Source: Oceanobacillus sp. HTM 045 (GTDB lineage Bacteria > Pseudomonadota > Alphaproteobacteria > Rhodobacterales > Rhodobacteraceae). Taken from it: DNA of 64,000 bases. Location of the stretch: positions 1-64,000 of the forward strand of contig WNWL01000004.1 of assembly GCA_009733745.1 (NCBI GenBank), read 5' to 3'. The position numbers were made by a program, and so were the translations under genes. This document shows positions 39,346 to 47,829 of the stretch, piece after piece; position 1 is the first letter of the stretch; every line of letters begins with the position of its first letter. A model generated the notes under the pieces. That model was given only the letters and a program-made list of their open reading frames with translations. It was not told where the DNA came from and did no database searches.

Positions 39346-41190
39346 ATGACGGTGACCAGCGGGGACGAGGCCGAAGGGCGGGGCCCGGAGGCCGGGGAAG
39401 CGGCGGAAGCGAAGCAGCGGCCGTTGCGGATCGAGCGGGCGAAATCGAAGAAGATCTCGCCGCTGGCCGCGCTCTGGCCGTTCCTGAAGCCCTATCGCGG
39501 GATCATGCTCGGCACCGCCGTGGCGCTGGTCGCGGCCTCGGCCTTCACGCTGGCGGTGCCGGTGGCGCTGCGCCGGGTGATCGACGGGTTCGACGCGCAG
39601 CATGTCGGGCTGATCGACCGCTACTTCCTGGCGCTGTTCGGCGTGGCGGCGATGCTGGCCTTCTTCACGGCGCTGAGGTTCTACCTCGTCAGCCGGCTGG
39701 GCGAGCGGGTGATCGCCGACCTGCGCCGCCGGGTATTCGACCACGTCGTCGCGATGAGCCCGGCCTTCTACGAGCGGCTCCAGACCACCGAGGTGCTGAC
39801 GCGGCTGACCACGGACACGACGGCGATCCAGTCGGTGGTCGGCTCGACGGTCTCGATCGCGCTGCGCAACATCCTGCTCTTCTTCGGCGGCATGGTGATG
39901 CTGCTCGCGACCTCGGCCAAGCTGACCGGCGCGCTCCTGCTGATCGTGCCGCTGGTCGTGGTGCCGATCCTTTTCCTCGGGCGGCGGGTGCGGCGGCTGT
40001 CGCGGCTGAACCAGGACCTGATCGCCGAGGCGGCGGTGAGCGCGGGCGAGACGCTGCAGGCGGTGCAGACGGTTCAGGCGATGACCAGCGAGCCGGCGGC
40101 GCGGCGGCGGTTCTCGTCGCGGGTGGAGGATGCCTATGCCGCCGCGAAGGCGCGGATCACCGCGCGGGCGGCGCTGACGGCGATCGTGATCTTCCTCGCC
40201 TTCGCGGGCGTGGTCGGCGTGATGTGGATCGGCGCGCGCGACGTGCTGGAGGGCTCGATGAGCCCCGGCGAGATGGCGCAGTTCATCCTGCTGGCGGTAT
40301 TCGTGGCCGGGTCGGTCGGCGCGCTTTCCGAGGTCTGGGGCGAGTTGCAGCGCGCTGCGGGCGCGACGGAGCGGCTGGGCGAGCTGATGGCGGCGGTGAA
40401 CCCGATCGTGGAGCCGGACGCGCCGGTGCCGGCCCCGGCGCCGACCGGCGCGCTGGCCTTCGAGGCGGTCTCCTTCACCTACCCGACGCGCGACGACAGC
40501 CGGGTGCTGCACGACGTGAGCTTCAAGGTCGAGCCGGGCGAGACGGTGGCGCTGGTCGGGCCTTCGGGCGCGGGCAAGACGACGGTGTTCCAGCTGTTGC
40601 AGCGGTTCTACGACCCGGATGCGGGGCGGGTGGTGGTGGACGGCACGGACATTCGCCAGCTCGCGCTGCGCGACCTGCGCGGGCGGCTGTCGCTGGTGCC
40701 GCAGGAGCCGGTGATCTTTGCCGACACGGTCGCGGCCAACATCCGCTTCGGGCGGACCGAGGCGAGCATGGCGGAGGTCGAGGAGGCGGCGCGGGCGGCG
40801 GCGATCCACGACTTCGTCACCACGCTGCCGCATGGCTATGAGAGCTATGTCGGCGAGCGGGGCGTGCTGCTGTCGGGCGGGCAGAAGCAGCGCATCGCGA
40901 TCGCCCGCGCGATCCTGCGGGACGCGCCGATCCTGCTGCTGGACGAGGCCACTTCCAGCCTCGACGCGGAGAGCGAGCGGGCGGTGCAGCTTGCCGTCGA
41001 ACGGCTCTCGGCGGGGCGCACCACGCTGGTGATCGCGCACCGGCTGGCCACGGTGAAGCGGGCCGACCGGATCATCGTGATGGAGGGCGGGCGCGTGGTC
41101 GCCACCGGCACGCATGACCATCTCGTCGCCGAGGACGGGCTCTATGCCCGGCTCGCAAGGCTCCAGTTCACGGACGGGGCGGCCGCCTGA
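39346..41190 (+). CDS. ABC transporter, fused permease/ATP-binding (MsbA-like exporter)
   Basis: Start MTVTSGDE.. A 6-TM domain followed by an NBD (GPSGAGKTT Walker A, LSGGQKQRIAIARA signature, LLLDEATS Walker B). Confidence 0.9.
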   Translation: MTVTSGDEAEGRGPEAGEAAEAKQRPLRIERAKSKKISPLAALWPFLKPYRGIMLGTAVALVAASAFTLAVPVALRRVIDGFDAQHVGLIDRYFLALFGVAAMLAFFTALRFYLVSRLGERVIADLRRRVFDHVVAMSPAFYERLQTTEVLTRLTTDTTAIQSVVGSTVSIALRNILLFFGGMVMLLATSAKLTGALLLIVPLVVVPILFLGRRVRRLSRLNQDLIAEAAVSAGETLQAVQTVQAMTSEPAARRRFSSRVEDAYAAAKARITARAALTAIVIFLAFAGVVGVMWIGARDVLEGSMSPGEMAQFILLAVFVAGSVGALSEVWGELQRAAGATERLGELMAAVNPIVEPDAPVPAPAPTGALAFEAVSFTYPTRDDSRVLHDVSFKVEPGETVALVGPSGAGKTTVFQLLQRFYDPDAGRVVVDGTDIRQLALRDLRGRLSLVPQEPVIFADTVAANIRFGRTEASMAEVEEAARAAAIHDFVTTLPHGYESYVGERGVLLSGGQKQRIAIARAILRDAPILLLDEATSSLDAESERAVQLAVERLSAGRTTLVIAHRLATVKRADRIIVMEGGRVVATGTHDHLVAEDGLYARLARLQFTDGAAA

Positions 41191-41192
41191 CC

Positions 41193-42275
41193 ATGGACAT
41201 CCTCGTGGCAGGGGCAGGACCGACCGGGCTGACGGCCGCGGTCGAGCTTGCCCGGCGCGGGGTGATCCCGGAGGTGGTGGACCGGCGAGACGCGGCCTCC
41301 ACCCTCTCGCGCGCGGTCGGCATCACGCCGCCGTCGCTGGTGCGGCTGGAGGCGAGCGGGGTGACGCCGCGGCTGATCGAGGCCGGCGTCCGCGTCCGCG
41401 AGGCGGTGTTCTACCGGCATGGCGAACGCGTGCTGACCCTGCGGCTCGGCGGGGTGCGGCACCGCTACGACTTCATCCTCGCGCTGCCGCAGGACCGGAC
41501 CGAGACGATCCTGCGGGAGCGGTTCGAGGAACTGGGCGGCGCGGTCTCCTACGGGCGCGAGGTGGCGGCGGTGGACCGGACCGGCGCGGTGCGCTTCGCC
41601 GATGGCGACGAGCGGAGCTATGACGACGTGATTGGCGCGGACGGGGTGCGCAGCACCGTGCGCGAGTCGCTGGGCCTCGACTACGACGGATACGACCTGC
41701 TGGAGGAATGGGGCGTGGCCGACGTGGACGCCCGAGGTTGGCCCCATGCCACGCAGTTCTGCGGCGCGATCCTGCCCGGCGGTGGCATGGCCGTGGTGGT
41801 GCCGATCGGGCCGGACCGCTACCGGGTGGTCGCCAACCGGCCGGACGCGCTGGCGCATGTGCCGGTGCCGATGGCGGTGGAGAACGTGCGCCGGTCCTCC
41901 ACCTTCCGGATCTCGATCCGGCAGGTGCCGCGCTATAGCGTCGGGCGGGTGCACCTCGCGGGGGACGCGGCGCATTGCCATTCGCCGGTGGGCGGGCGGG
42001 GGATGAACCTCGGCATGGCCGACGCCTGCGACCTCACGCGGCGGCTCGTCGAGGGCGGGCTGGAGGGCTATTCCGAGGCCCGCCACAGGGCCGGGCGGGG
42101 CACGATCCGCCTCAGCGAGAACACGCGCCGCACCCTTGCCGCGCCCGGCGGGCCGCGGGCCTGGGCGCGGGACGCGGCGCTCTGGCTGCTCGACCGGGCC
42201 CGGTTCCTGCATCCGCTGGCTGCGCGCCGGGTGCTGGACCTCGCCGACGCGCGTGGAGATGCGGGGCAGGGGTAG
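41193..42275 (+). CDS. FAD-dependent monooxygenase (UbiH/Coq6-like)
   Basis: MDILVAGAGPTGLTAAVELARRG (GXGXXG) ...GDAAHCHSPVGGRGMNLGMAD (the flavin monooxygenase fingerprint). Confidence 0.85.
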   Translation: MDILVAGAGPTGLTAAVELARRGVIPEVVDRRDAASTLSRAVGITPPSLVRLEASGVTPRLIEAGVRVREAVFYRHGERVLTLRLGGVRHRYDFILALPQDRTETILRERFEELGGAVSYGREVAAVDRTGAVRFADGDERSYDDVIGADGVRSTVRESLGLDYDGYDLLEEWGVADVDARGWPHATQFCGAILPGGGMAVVVPIGPDRYRVVANRPDALAHVPVPMAVENVRRSSTFRISIRQVPRYSVGRVHLAGDAAHCHSPVGGRGMNLGMADACDLTRRLVEGGLEGYSEARHRAGRGTIRLSENTRRTLAAPGGPRAWARDAALWLLDRARFLHPLAARRVLDLADARGDAGQG

Positions 42276-42523
42276 GGCCGCGGCAGGAACCCCGCCCGGA
42301 ATGACCGCGCTTCGCCATTCCGAAAGTTTTCTGCGGAAATCTGCCCCGAAGCCGTCGGAATCGCCGGTTGGCCCCAAAAAAAACAGGCCCGAATTGGCCA
42401 TGACGTTGCGTCGGAGGCGGTTTTCGGCCCCGGTCAGCGCTTGCGCGGCGCGTTTGCCCGTGTCCTATATCCTATATGTGAGAAGGCGCACCCAGATGCG
42501 CCCCGACACCGGGAGGGTGGTAC

Positions 42524-44410
42524 ATGACCCAGCTAGCCATGCGCTCGGCTGACGATATCCGGCAGGTGGAGGAGGTTCCGGTCTCCGAGAGGTGGACCGC
42601 GAAGACCGCCTACCAGTTGCTTTGCCAGACGGCGTCGGACCTTCCGCAGCGCCCGGCGGTGAGTTTCCAGATCAAGTCGGGCCCGAAGGACAAGGCGGAG
42701 ACGCTGACCTGGTCCACCTTCTGCGGGCGGGTGACGCAGGCGGCGAACCTGTTCCGCTCGCTCGGCGTGGGCGAGAACGACGTGGTCGCCTACCTGCTGC
42801 CCAACACCAACGAGACCGCGGTTGCGCTGCTGGGCGGCGCGACGGCGGGGATCGTGAACCCGGTCAACCCGCTGCTGGACGCCGCGCAGATCGGCGCGAT
42901 CCTGCGCGAGACCGGCGCGAAGGTGCTGGTGACGCTGGCGCCCTTCCCTAAGACCGACATCGCCGAGAAGGCGGCGAAGGCCTGCGAGATCGCCCGCAAT
43001 GTCGAGGTGATCCTGGAGGTCGACCTGAAGCGCTACCTCTCGCCGCCGCTGTCGTGGATCGTGCCGCTGATCCGGCCCTCGCGCACCAGCGGGCACGGGG
43101 CGAAGGTGCTGAACTTCAACACCGAGATGGCGAAGCAGCGGGCCGACGCGCTGGCCTTCGACGAGCCGGACGACCCGGACCGGGTCTGCGCCTATTTCCA
43201 CACCGGCGGCACCACCGGCAGCCCCAAGGTGGCGCAGCACACCGCGCGGGGGATGCTCTACAACGGCTGGCTCGGCAAGGCGCTGATCTTCTCGAGGGAC
43301 GACGTGCTGATCTGCCCGCTGCCGCTGTTCCACGTCTTCGCGGCCTACCCGATCCTGATGTGCTGCGTCGCGTCGGGCGCGCACATGGTGATGCCGACGC
43401 CCGCGGGCTATCGCGGCGACGGGGTGTTCGACAATTTCTGGAAGCTGATCGAGCGCTGGGGCGTGACCTTCCTGATCACCGTGCCGACCGCGGCGGCGGC
43501 GCTGATGCAGCGCCCGGTGAACGCGGATGTCTCGACGCTGCGCTACGCGATCTGCGGCTCGGCGCCGCTGCCGCGCGAGACCTTCCAGAAGTTCGAGCGC
43601 GACACCGGCGTGACGATCCTTGAGGGGTACGGGATGACCGAGGCGACCTGCCTCGTCTCCTGCAACCCGCCGCAGGGCGAGCGCAAACTCGGCTCGGTCG
43701 GGCTGCCGCTGCCCTATACCGAGATCAGGCTGCTGCATTGCGACGGCGAGGGCAACGTGATGAGCGAGGCCGGGCCGGAGGAGGTCGGCGAGATCTGCAT
43801 CCGCAGCCCCGGCGTCTTCCCCGGCTATTGCGAGGAGGCGCGCAACAAGGGCCTGTTCACGCCGGACGGGTTCCTGCGCTCGGGCGATCTCGGGCGGCTG
43901 GACGCGGACGGCTATCTCTGGATCACCGGCCGGGCGAAGGACCTGATCATCCGCGGCGGGCACAATATCGACCCGGCGGTGATCGAGGAGGCGCTGGCGG
44001 CGCATCCGGACGTGGCCTTCGTCGGCGCGATCGGCCAACCCGACAACCACTCGGGCGAGGTGCCCTGCGCCTATGTCGAGCTGGTCGGCGGCGCGACGGT
44101 GACCGGGCCGGAGCTGATGAGCTTCGCCGCCGAGAAGGTCTCGGAGCGGGCGGCGCACCCGAAATATGTCGAGGTGCTGGACGAGTTGCCCAAGACCGCT
44201 GTGGGCAAGGTGTTCAAGCCCGACCTGCGCAAGATGGCGATCACCCGGATCTACACCTCGGCGCTGGCCGAGGAGGGCATCGAGGCGGAGGTCTCGGTGG
44301 TCGAGGACAAGCGCCTCGGCCTCGTCGCGGAGGTGAAGAGCGACGCCGAGGACGCCGCGATCGACGACGTGCTGGCCGAGTTTGCCCGGCCCTGGCGGCG
44401 GCCGGGCTGA
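42524..44410 (+). CDS. Acyl-CoA synthetase (AMP-binding enzyme)
   Basis: AMP-binding motifs YFHTGGTTGSPKV, GYGMTEA, SGDLGRLDADGYLWITGRAKD. Confidence 0.9.
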   Translation: MTQLAMRSADDIRQVEEVPVSERWTAKTAYQLLCQTASDLPQRPAVSFQIKSGPKDKAETLTWSTFCGRVTQAANLFRSLGVGENDVVAYLLPNTNETAVALLGGATAGIVNPVNPLLDAAQIGAILRETGAKVLVTLAPFPKTDIAEKAAKACEIARNVEVILEVDLKRYLSPPLSWIVPLIRPSRTSGHGAKVLNFNTEMAKQRADALAFDEPDDPDRVCAYFHTGGTTGSPKVAQHTARGMLYNGWLGKALIFSRDDVLICPLPLFHVFAAYPILMCCVASGAHMVMPTPAGYRGDGVFDNFWKLIERWGVTFLITVPTAAAALMQRPVNADVSTLRYAICGSAPLPRETFQKFERDTGVTILEGYGMTEATCLVSCNPPQGERKLGSVGLPLPYTEIRLLHCDGEGNVMSEAGPEEVGEICIRSPGVFPGYCEEARNKGLFTPDGFLRSGDLGRLDADGYLWITGRAKDLIIRGGHNIDPAVIEEALAAHPDVAFVGAIGQPDNHSGEVPCAYVELVGGATVTGPELMSFAAEKVSERAAHPKYVEVLDELPKTAVGKVFKPDLRKMAITRIYTSALAEEGIEAEVSVVEDKRLGLVAEVKSDAEDAAIDDVLAEFARPWRRPG

Positions 44411-44589
44411 GGCGCGTTCCCGCGCGGTGGAAGGCGCGCACGCCTGCGTTGGGGCAGGCGGCGCGCATTCCTTCGGAGGTTGCGCCGATTTGTGAAAGTT
44501 GGGCGACAGTGCGGGGGAATCGGTTGCTTTAACTTTGTCTCAAGTCTTTCATGGAGATGGTGGGTACGGCGGATGGTCCGGGGGCAAAG

Positions 44590-44940
44590 ATGTCGGAATT
44601 CGTGCAGCCTGAGATTGCGGCAGCCCTTGAGGTCGCGCGGCGGAACGCCAAGCGCGAGGGTTCGCGCCACACCATCGTCGCCGGGGAACGCCAGCACCGC
44701 GTGATCGAGCTCACGAAGGACGGGTTCGTGATCGAGGCCGACGGCCGCCCGCCGCTGCGCGGCTATGTCGATCTCTGCCTCGGCGAGGACCGGATCTCGC
44801 GCCGCCTCGTCGTCTGCGCCTGGGCGGAGGACGGGTTGGTCGGCTACGAGTTCAAGCGCTCCTCCCCCGACAAGGAAAAGACCCCGGCGGACTATGTCGA
44901 GGCGGGCCACGCCGGCCTGCTGGCGGCGCCGCGGCCCTGA
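44590..44940 (+). CDS. Hypothetical protein (116 aa)
   Basis: MSEFVQPEIAAALEVARRNAKREGSRHTIVAGERQHRVIELTKDGFVIEADGRPPLRGYVDLCLGEDRISRRLVVCAWAEDGLVGYEFKR.. GGGGG lies 5 nt upstream. Lower-GC leader upstream. Confidence 0.4.
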   Translation: MSEFVQPEIAAALEVARRNAKREGSRHTIVAGERQHRVIELTKDGFVIEADGRPPLRGYVDLCLGEDRISRRLVVCAWAEDGLVGYEFKRSSPDKEKTPADYVEAGHAGLLAAPRP

Positions 44941-45042
44941 TTTCTTCCTGATTGCCGGTCAGTGCGCCGCGTCTGTGGGTGGGCCTGTGGCGGTGCAGCA
45001 CCCGCGGCGCGCGGCAGGCGTCTGCGCATGTGCTGAGCGCGG

Positions 45043-45196
45043 AGGGACACGTCCGGCCCTGGTCGGGCGTGGTGCTAGCTAGGGTCTGCATGATTTATCC
45101 CCGCACCCCCTCCCGACCTACGAGCCATTTGCAGCGTCAGAGAACGCCCGGCCCCGGGGAGGGCCGGGCGTGGCCCGGGCTAGTCGCCCGGGCCGT
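45043..45196 (+). repeat. Copy 4 of the structured intergenic repeat
   Basis: GGGACACGTCCGGCCCTGGTCGGGCGTGGTGCTAGCTAGGGTCTGCATGATTTATCCCCGCACCCCCTCCCGACC...TTGCAGCGTCAGAGAACGCCCGGCCCCGGGGAGGGCCGGGCGTGGCCCGGGCTAGTCGCCCGGGC. Lies between the convergent hypothetical(+) and cobA(-) genes. Confidence 0.8.
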
Positions 45197-45279
45197 GGCT
45201 GGTGCTGTGCGAGAACGAGAATCTGACGATCTTGGGAAGGGAAGGGCTGTCGTGCCCTTCGGGACCGCAAGGCCCCGAT

Positions 45280-46164
45280 TCAGCCCTCGGCGGCGTCGTC
45301 CTGCGCTCGGGTGCCGAGGGGGTCCAGGCTGCGGGGCGGTTCGCCCGCCATCTGGCCGGCCCAGTCTAGCGCCTGGCGGAGCAGCACGTTGCGGCCGACG
45401 ACGATCAGCGCGGGGGGCTGCATCCCCGCCGCCTCGGCATCCGCCGCGGCGGTGGCGAGGCTCGTTTCCAGCACCCGCTGGGTCGGCAGCGAGGCGTCGG
45501 TGACGATGGCGACCGGCTCCGAGCCCGCGCGCCCCGCTGCGATCATCGCGGCGGCGATCTCGCCGAGATGCTTCATGCCCATGTAGATCACCACCACGGG
45601 CGAGGCCTTCGCGACCGCCTCCCAGTCCACCGTGACCGGCGCGAGGCCGCGCTTGTCGTGGCCGGTGACGAAGGTGACCGACTGGTTCACGTCGCGGTGG
45701 GTGACGGGGATGCCCGCATGGGCGAGCCCGCCGACGCCGGAGGAGATGCCGGGCACGACGCGGAACGGGATGCCGGCCTCGACCAGCCCCAGCGCCTCCT
45801 CGCCGCCGCGGCCGAACACGAACGGATCGCCGCCCTTGAGCCGCAGCACGCGGTTGCCGGCGCGGGCCAGTTCGACCAGGTGCAGGGTGATGTCGCGCTG
45901 CTTCGGCGAGGCCTTGCCGCCGCGCTTGCCGGAATGGATCAGCCGCGCGCCGGGCCGCGCCCACGACAGGATCCGCGGATCGACCAGCGCGTCGTGCACC
46001 ACCACGTCGGCCTCGCGCAGGCCGTGCAGCGCGTTGAGTGTCAGCAGTCCCGGGTCGCCCGGACCGGCGCCCGTCAGCCAGACCCAGCCCGGCCGGAACT
46101 CGGGCCAGTCATGGCCCTCGGCGGCGGGGAGGCGCGGGGCGATATCGGGGAACTTCGCGGTCAT
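45280..46164 (-). CDS. cobA: Uroporphyrinogen-III C-methyltransferase
   Basis: GWVWLTGAGPGDPGLLTLNALHGLREADVVVHDALV...GGDPFVFGRGGEE, the SUMT/CobA signature. Confidence 0.9.
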   Translation of the reverse strand: MTAKFPDIAPRLPAAEGHDWPEFRPGWVWLTGAGPGDPGLLTLNALHGLREADVVVHDALVDPRILSWARPGARLIHSGKRGGKASPKQRDITLHLVELARAGNRVLRLKGGDPFVFGRGGEEALGLVEAGIPFRVVPGISSGVGGLAHAGIPVTHRDVNQSVTFVTGHDKRGLAPVTVDWEAVAKASPVVVIYMGMKHLGEIAAAMIAAGRAGSEPVAIVTDASLPTQRVLETSLATAAADAEAAGMQPPALIVVGRNVLLRQALDWAGQMAGEPPRSLDPLGTRAQDDAAEG

Positions 46165-46289
46165 CTTTCCCAGATAGGGTGGGTGCCGGAAAAAGTAAAT
46201 CGCGGAATGTGTTTTATCTGGAATACCGGTTACCTGGTGTAGAAAAGTTGAACTTGATCCGTTCGCGGCGAGAACCGAAAACCGGCGCC

Positions 46290-47030
46290 ATGCTGCTGAA
46301 ACCCATGGTGCTGATCCTCGCCGGTCATGCCGACGACACCGAGGAGATCGCGGCGCGGCTCGCCGCGACCAAGCGGGTTCGGGTGATGATCTCCGAGCCC
46401 GGCAAGCCGCGCGGCATTCCCGCCGACGTGACCCGCGGCCCCTTCGCCAGCACCAAGGCGATGGCGGAGATGCTGGAATGGGACCAGATCCGCGCGGTGG
46501 TCGATGTCAGCGATCCCTACGATCCCGACCTGCCGGCGATGGCGGCGGATGCCTGCCAGACCAAGGGCGTGCCGCGGCTGCGCTACATGCGGCCCGGCTG
46601 GGACGCGGTGGACGCTGCGGGATGCACCCGCGCGCCGGACCTGACGGAGGCGGCTCGGCGGCTGCCGCTGACCGGTCGGGCCTTTCTCGCGATCCGCCCG
46701 GTCGACGCGGAGGCGTTCGAGGTGCGCCGCGACGTCTGGTACTGCCTGCGCATCCACCGGCCGATGGGCGGGCGGTTCCCGCTCCGTCGCGGCGACTACG
46801 CGCTGGGCGCGCCGCCGTTCCGCAAGGCGCATGAGCGGCAGGTGCTGGTCGACTACCGGATCGGCGCGGTGGTGGCGCAGGACACCGGCCTCGGCGAGGG
46901 CGTGCCGCTGCTCGACGCGGCGCGGGAACTGGAGATCCCGGTGACGCTGGTCGACCGCCCCCAACAGCCGCGCGGCAAGGTGGTGGACATGCCGCAGGAC
47001 GTTGTGGACTGGGTGCTGCAGCGGGTTTGA
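46290..47030 (+). CDS. cobK: Precorrin-6A reductase
   Basis: Start MLLKPMVLILAGHADDTEEIAARL.. This is the CobK/CbiJ family. Divergent from cobA across a 125 bp AT-richer spacer. Confidence 0.8.
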   Translation: MLLKPMVLILAGHADDTEEIAARLAATKRVRVMISEPGKPRGIPADVTRGPFASTKAMAEMLEWDQIRAVVDVSDPYDPDLPAMAADACQTKGVPRLRYMRPGWDAVDAAGCTRAPDLTEAARRLPLTGRAFLAIRPVDAEAFEVRRDVWYCLRIHRPMGGRFPLRRGDYALGAPPFRKAHERQVLVDYRIGAVVAQDTGLGEGVPLLDAARELEIPVTLVDRPQQPRGKVVDMPQDVVDWVLQRV

Positions 47031-47049
47031 GGGGAGTGCGGAGGGCCGC

Positions 47050-47192
47050 GACCGGCCCTGGACGGGCGTGGTGCTCCCAACGGGCTGCGTGATTTATCCC
47101 AGCACCCACTCCGACCCAACGATCCCCTTGCAGCGTCGCAATACGCCCGGCCCCGGGGAGGGCCGGACGTGGCCCGCGCTAGCCGCGCGTGC
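47050..47192 (+). repeat. Copy 5 of the structured intergenic repeat
   Basis: GACCGGCCCTGGACGGGCGTGGTGCTCCCAACGGGCTGCGTGATTTATCCCAGCACCCACTCCGACC...TTGCAGCGTCGCAATACGCCCGGCCCCGGGGAGGGCCGGACGTGGCCCGCGCTAGCCGCGCGTGC. Lies between convergent cobK(+) and soxG(-). Confidence 0.8.
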
Positions 47193-47247
47193 TAGATATG
47201 AAACGAATCTCAGCAGAGATTTGCTTGGCTCTCTGGCAGTCAGCCTC

Positions 47248-47829
47248 TCACAACTCGCAGGCGAGGCCGAACTGTTCGGCGTGGTGGGTGAGCAGTTCCC
47301 ACATGTCCTGCGCGAAGGAGCGCATCACCCAGACCTCGTAGAAGGCCTCCGTGCGCAGCACGCGGGTGATCATGTGGTGCGCCTGGGTGGAGGCGAAGCT
47401 CATCGGAGGGAAGCTGCGCTCGCGCAGGTCGATCGGGCAGAGCCGGGCGATCAGGTCGGCGGCCTTCGGGCCGGTGACGCGCACGGCGCTGTCGTTGTGG
47501 GAGAGGTCGAGCGTCGCGCCCTCCTCCGGGTCGAGCGCGAGGGGGCATTCGGCCCCGTCCGGCCCCATGACCCAGTATTTCAGCGGCTCGACATGGGCGA
47601 CGAGGCGGTCGCCCGCCGCGGCCATCCGGCCCGGGGCGGGCAGGGCCTCGGCGCCGAGCGCGGCGGCGAGCTTTGCCGCGACGGCGTCGAACGTGCCGGC
47701 CCAGGGCGCGACCTGCCAAAGGCTGCCGCGGGGTGGCAGGGAGAGGGTGACGCCGGGGCCGCCGGCGCTCTCCGGGCCGTGGCGGCCCGCCCTGGCGATG
47801 CCCGCAAGGGGCTGCGTACGCTCAACCAT
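47248..47829 (-). CDS. soxG: Sarcosine oxidase subunit gamma
   Basis: SoxG family. 8-nt overlap with the soxA stop. Confidence 0.8.
   Translation of the reverse strand: MVERTQPLAGIARAGRHGPESAGGPGVTLSLPPRGSLWQVAPWAGTFDAVAAKLAAALGAEALPAPGRMAAAGDRLVAHVEPLKYWVMGPDGAECPLALDPEEGATLDLSHNDSAVRVTGPKAADLIARLCPIDLRERSFPPMSFASTQAHHMITRVLRTEAFYEVWVMRSFAQDMWELLTHHAEQFGLACEL

Noticed and set aside
46165-46289. Cobalamin riboswitch between the divergent cobA and cobK genes.
   Set aside because: The spacer is only about 125 bp and lacks a B12-box (GCCACTG-like) or the conserved riboswitch core. It was treated as a plain divergent promoter.
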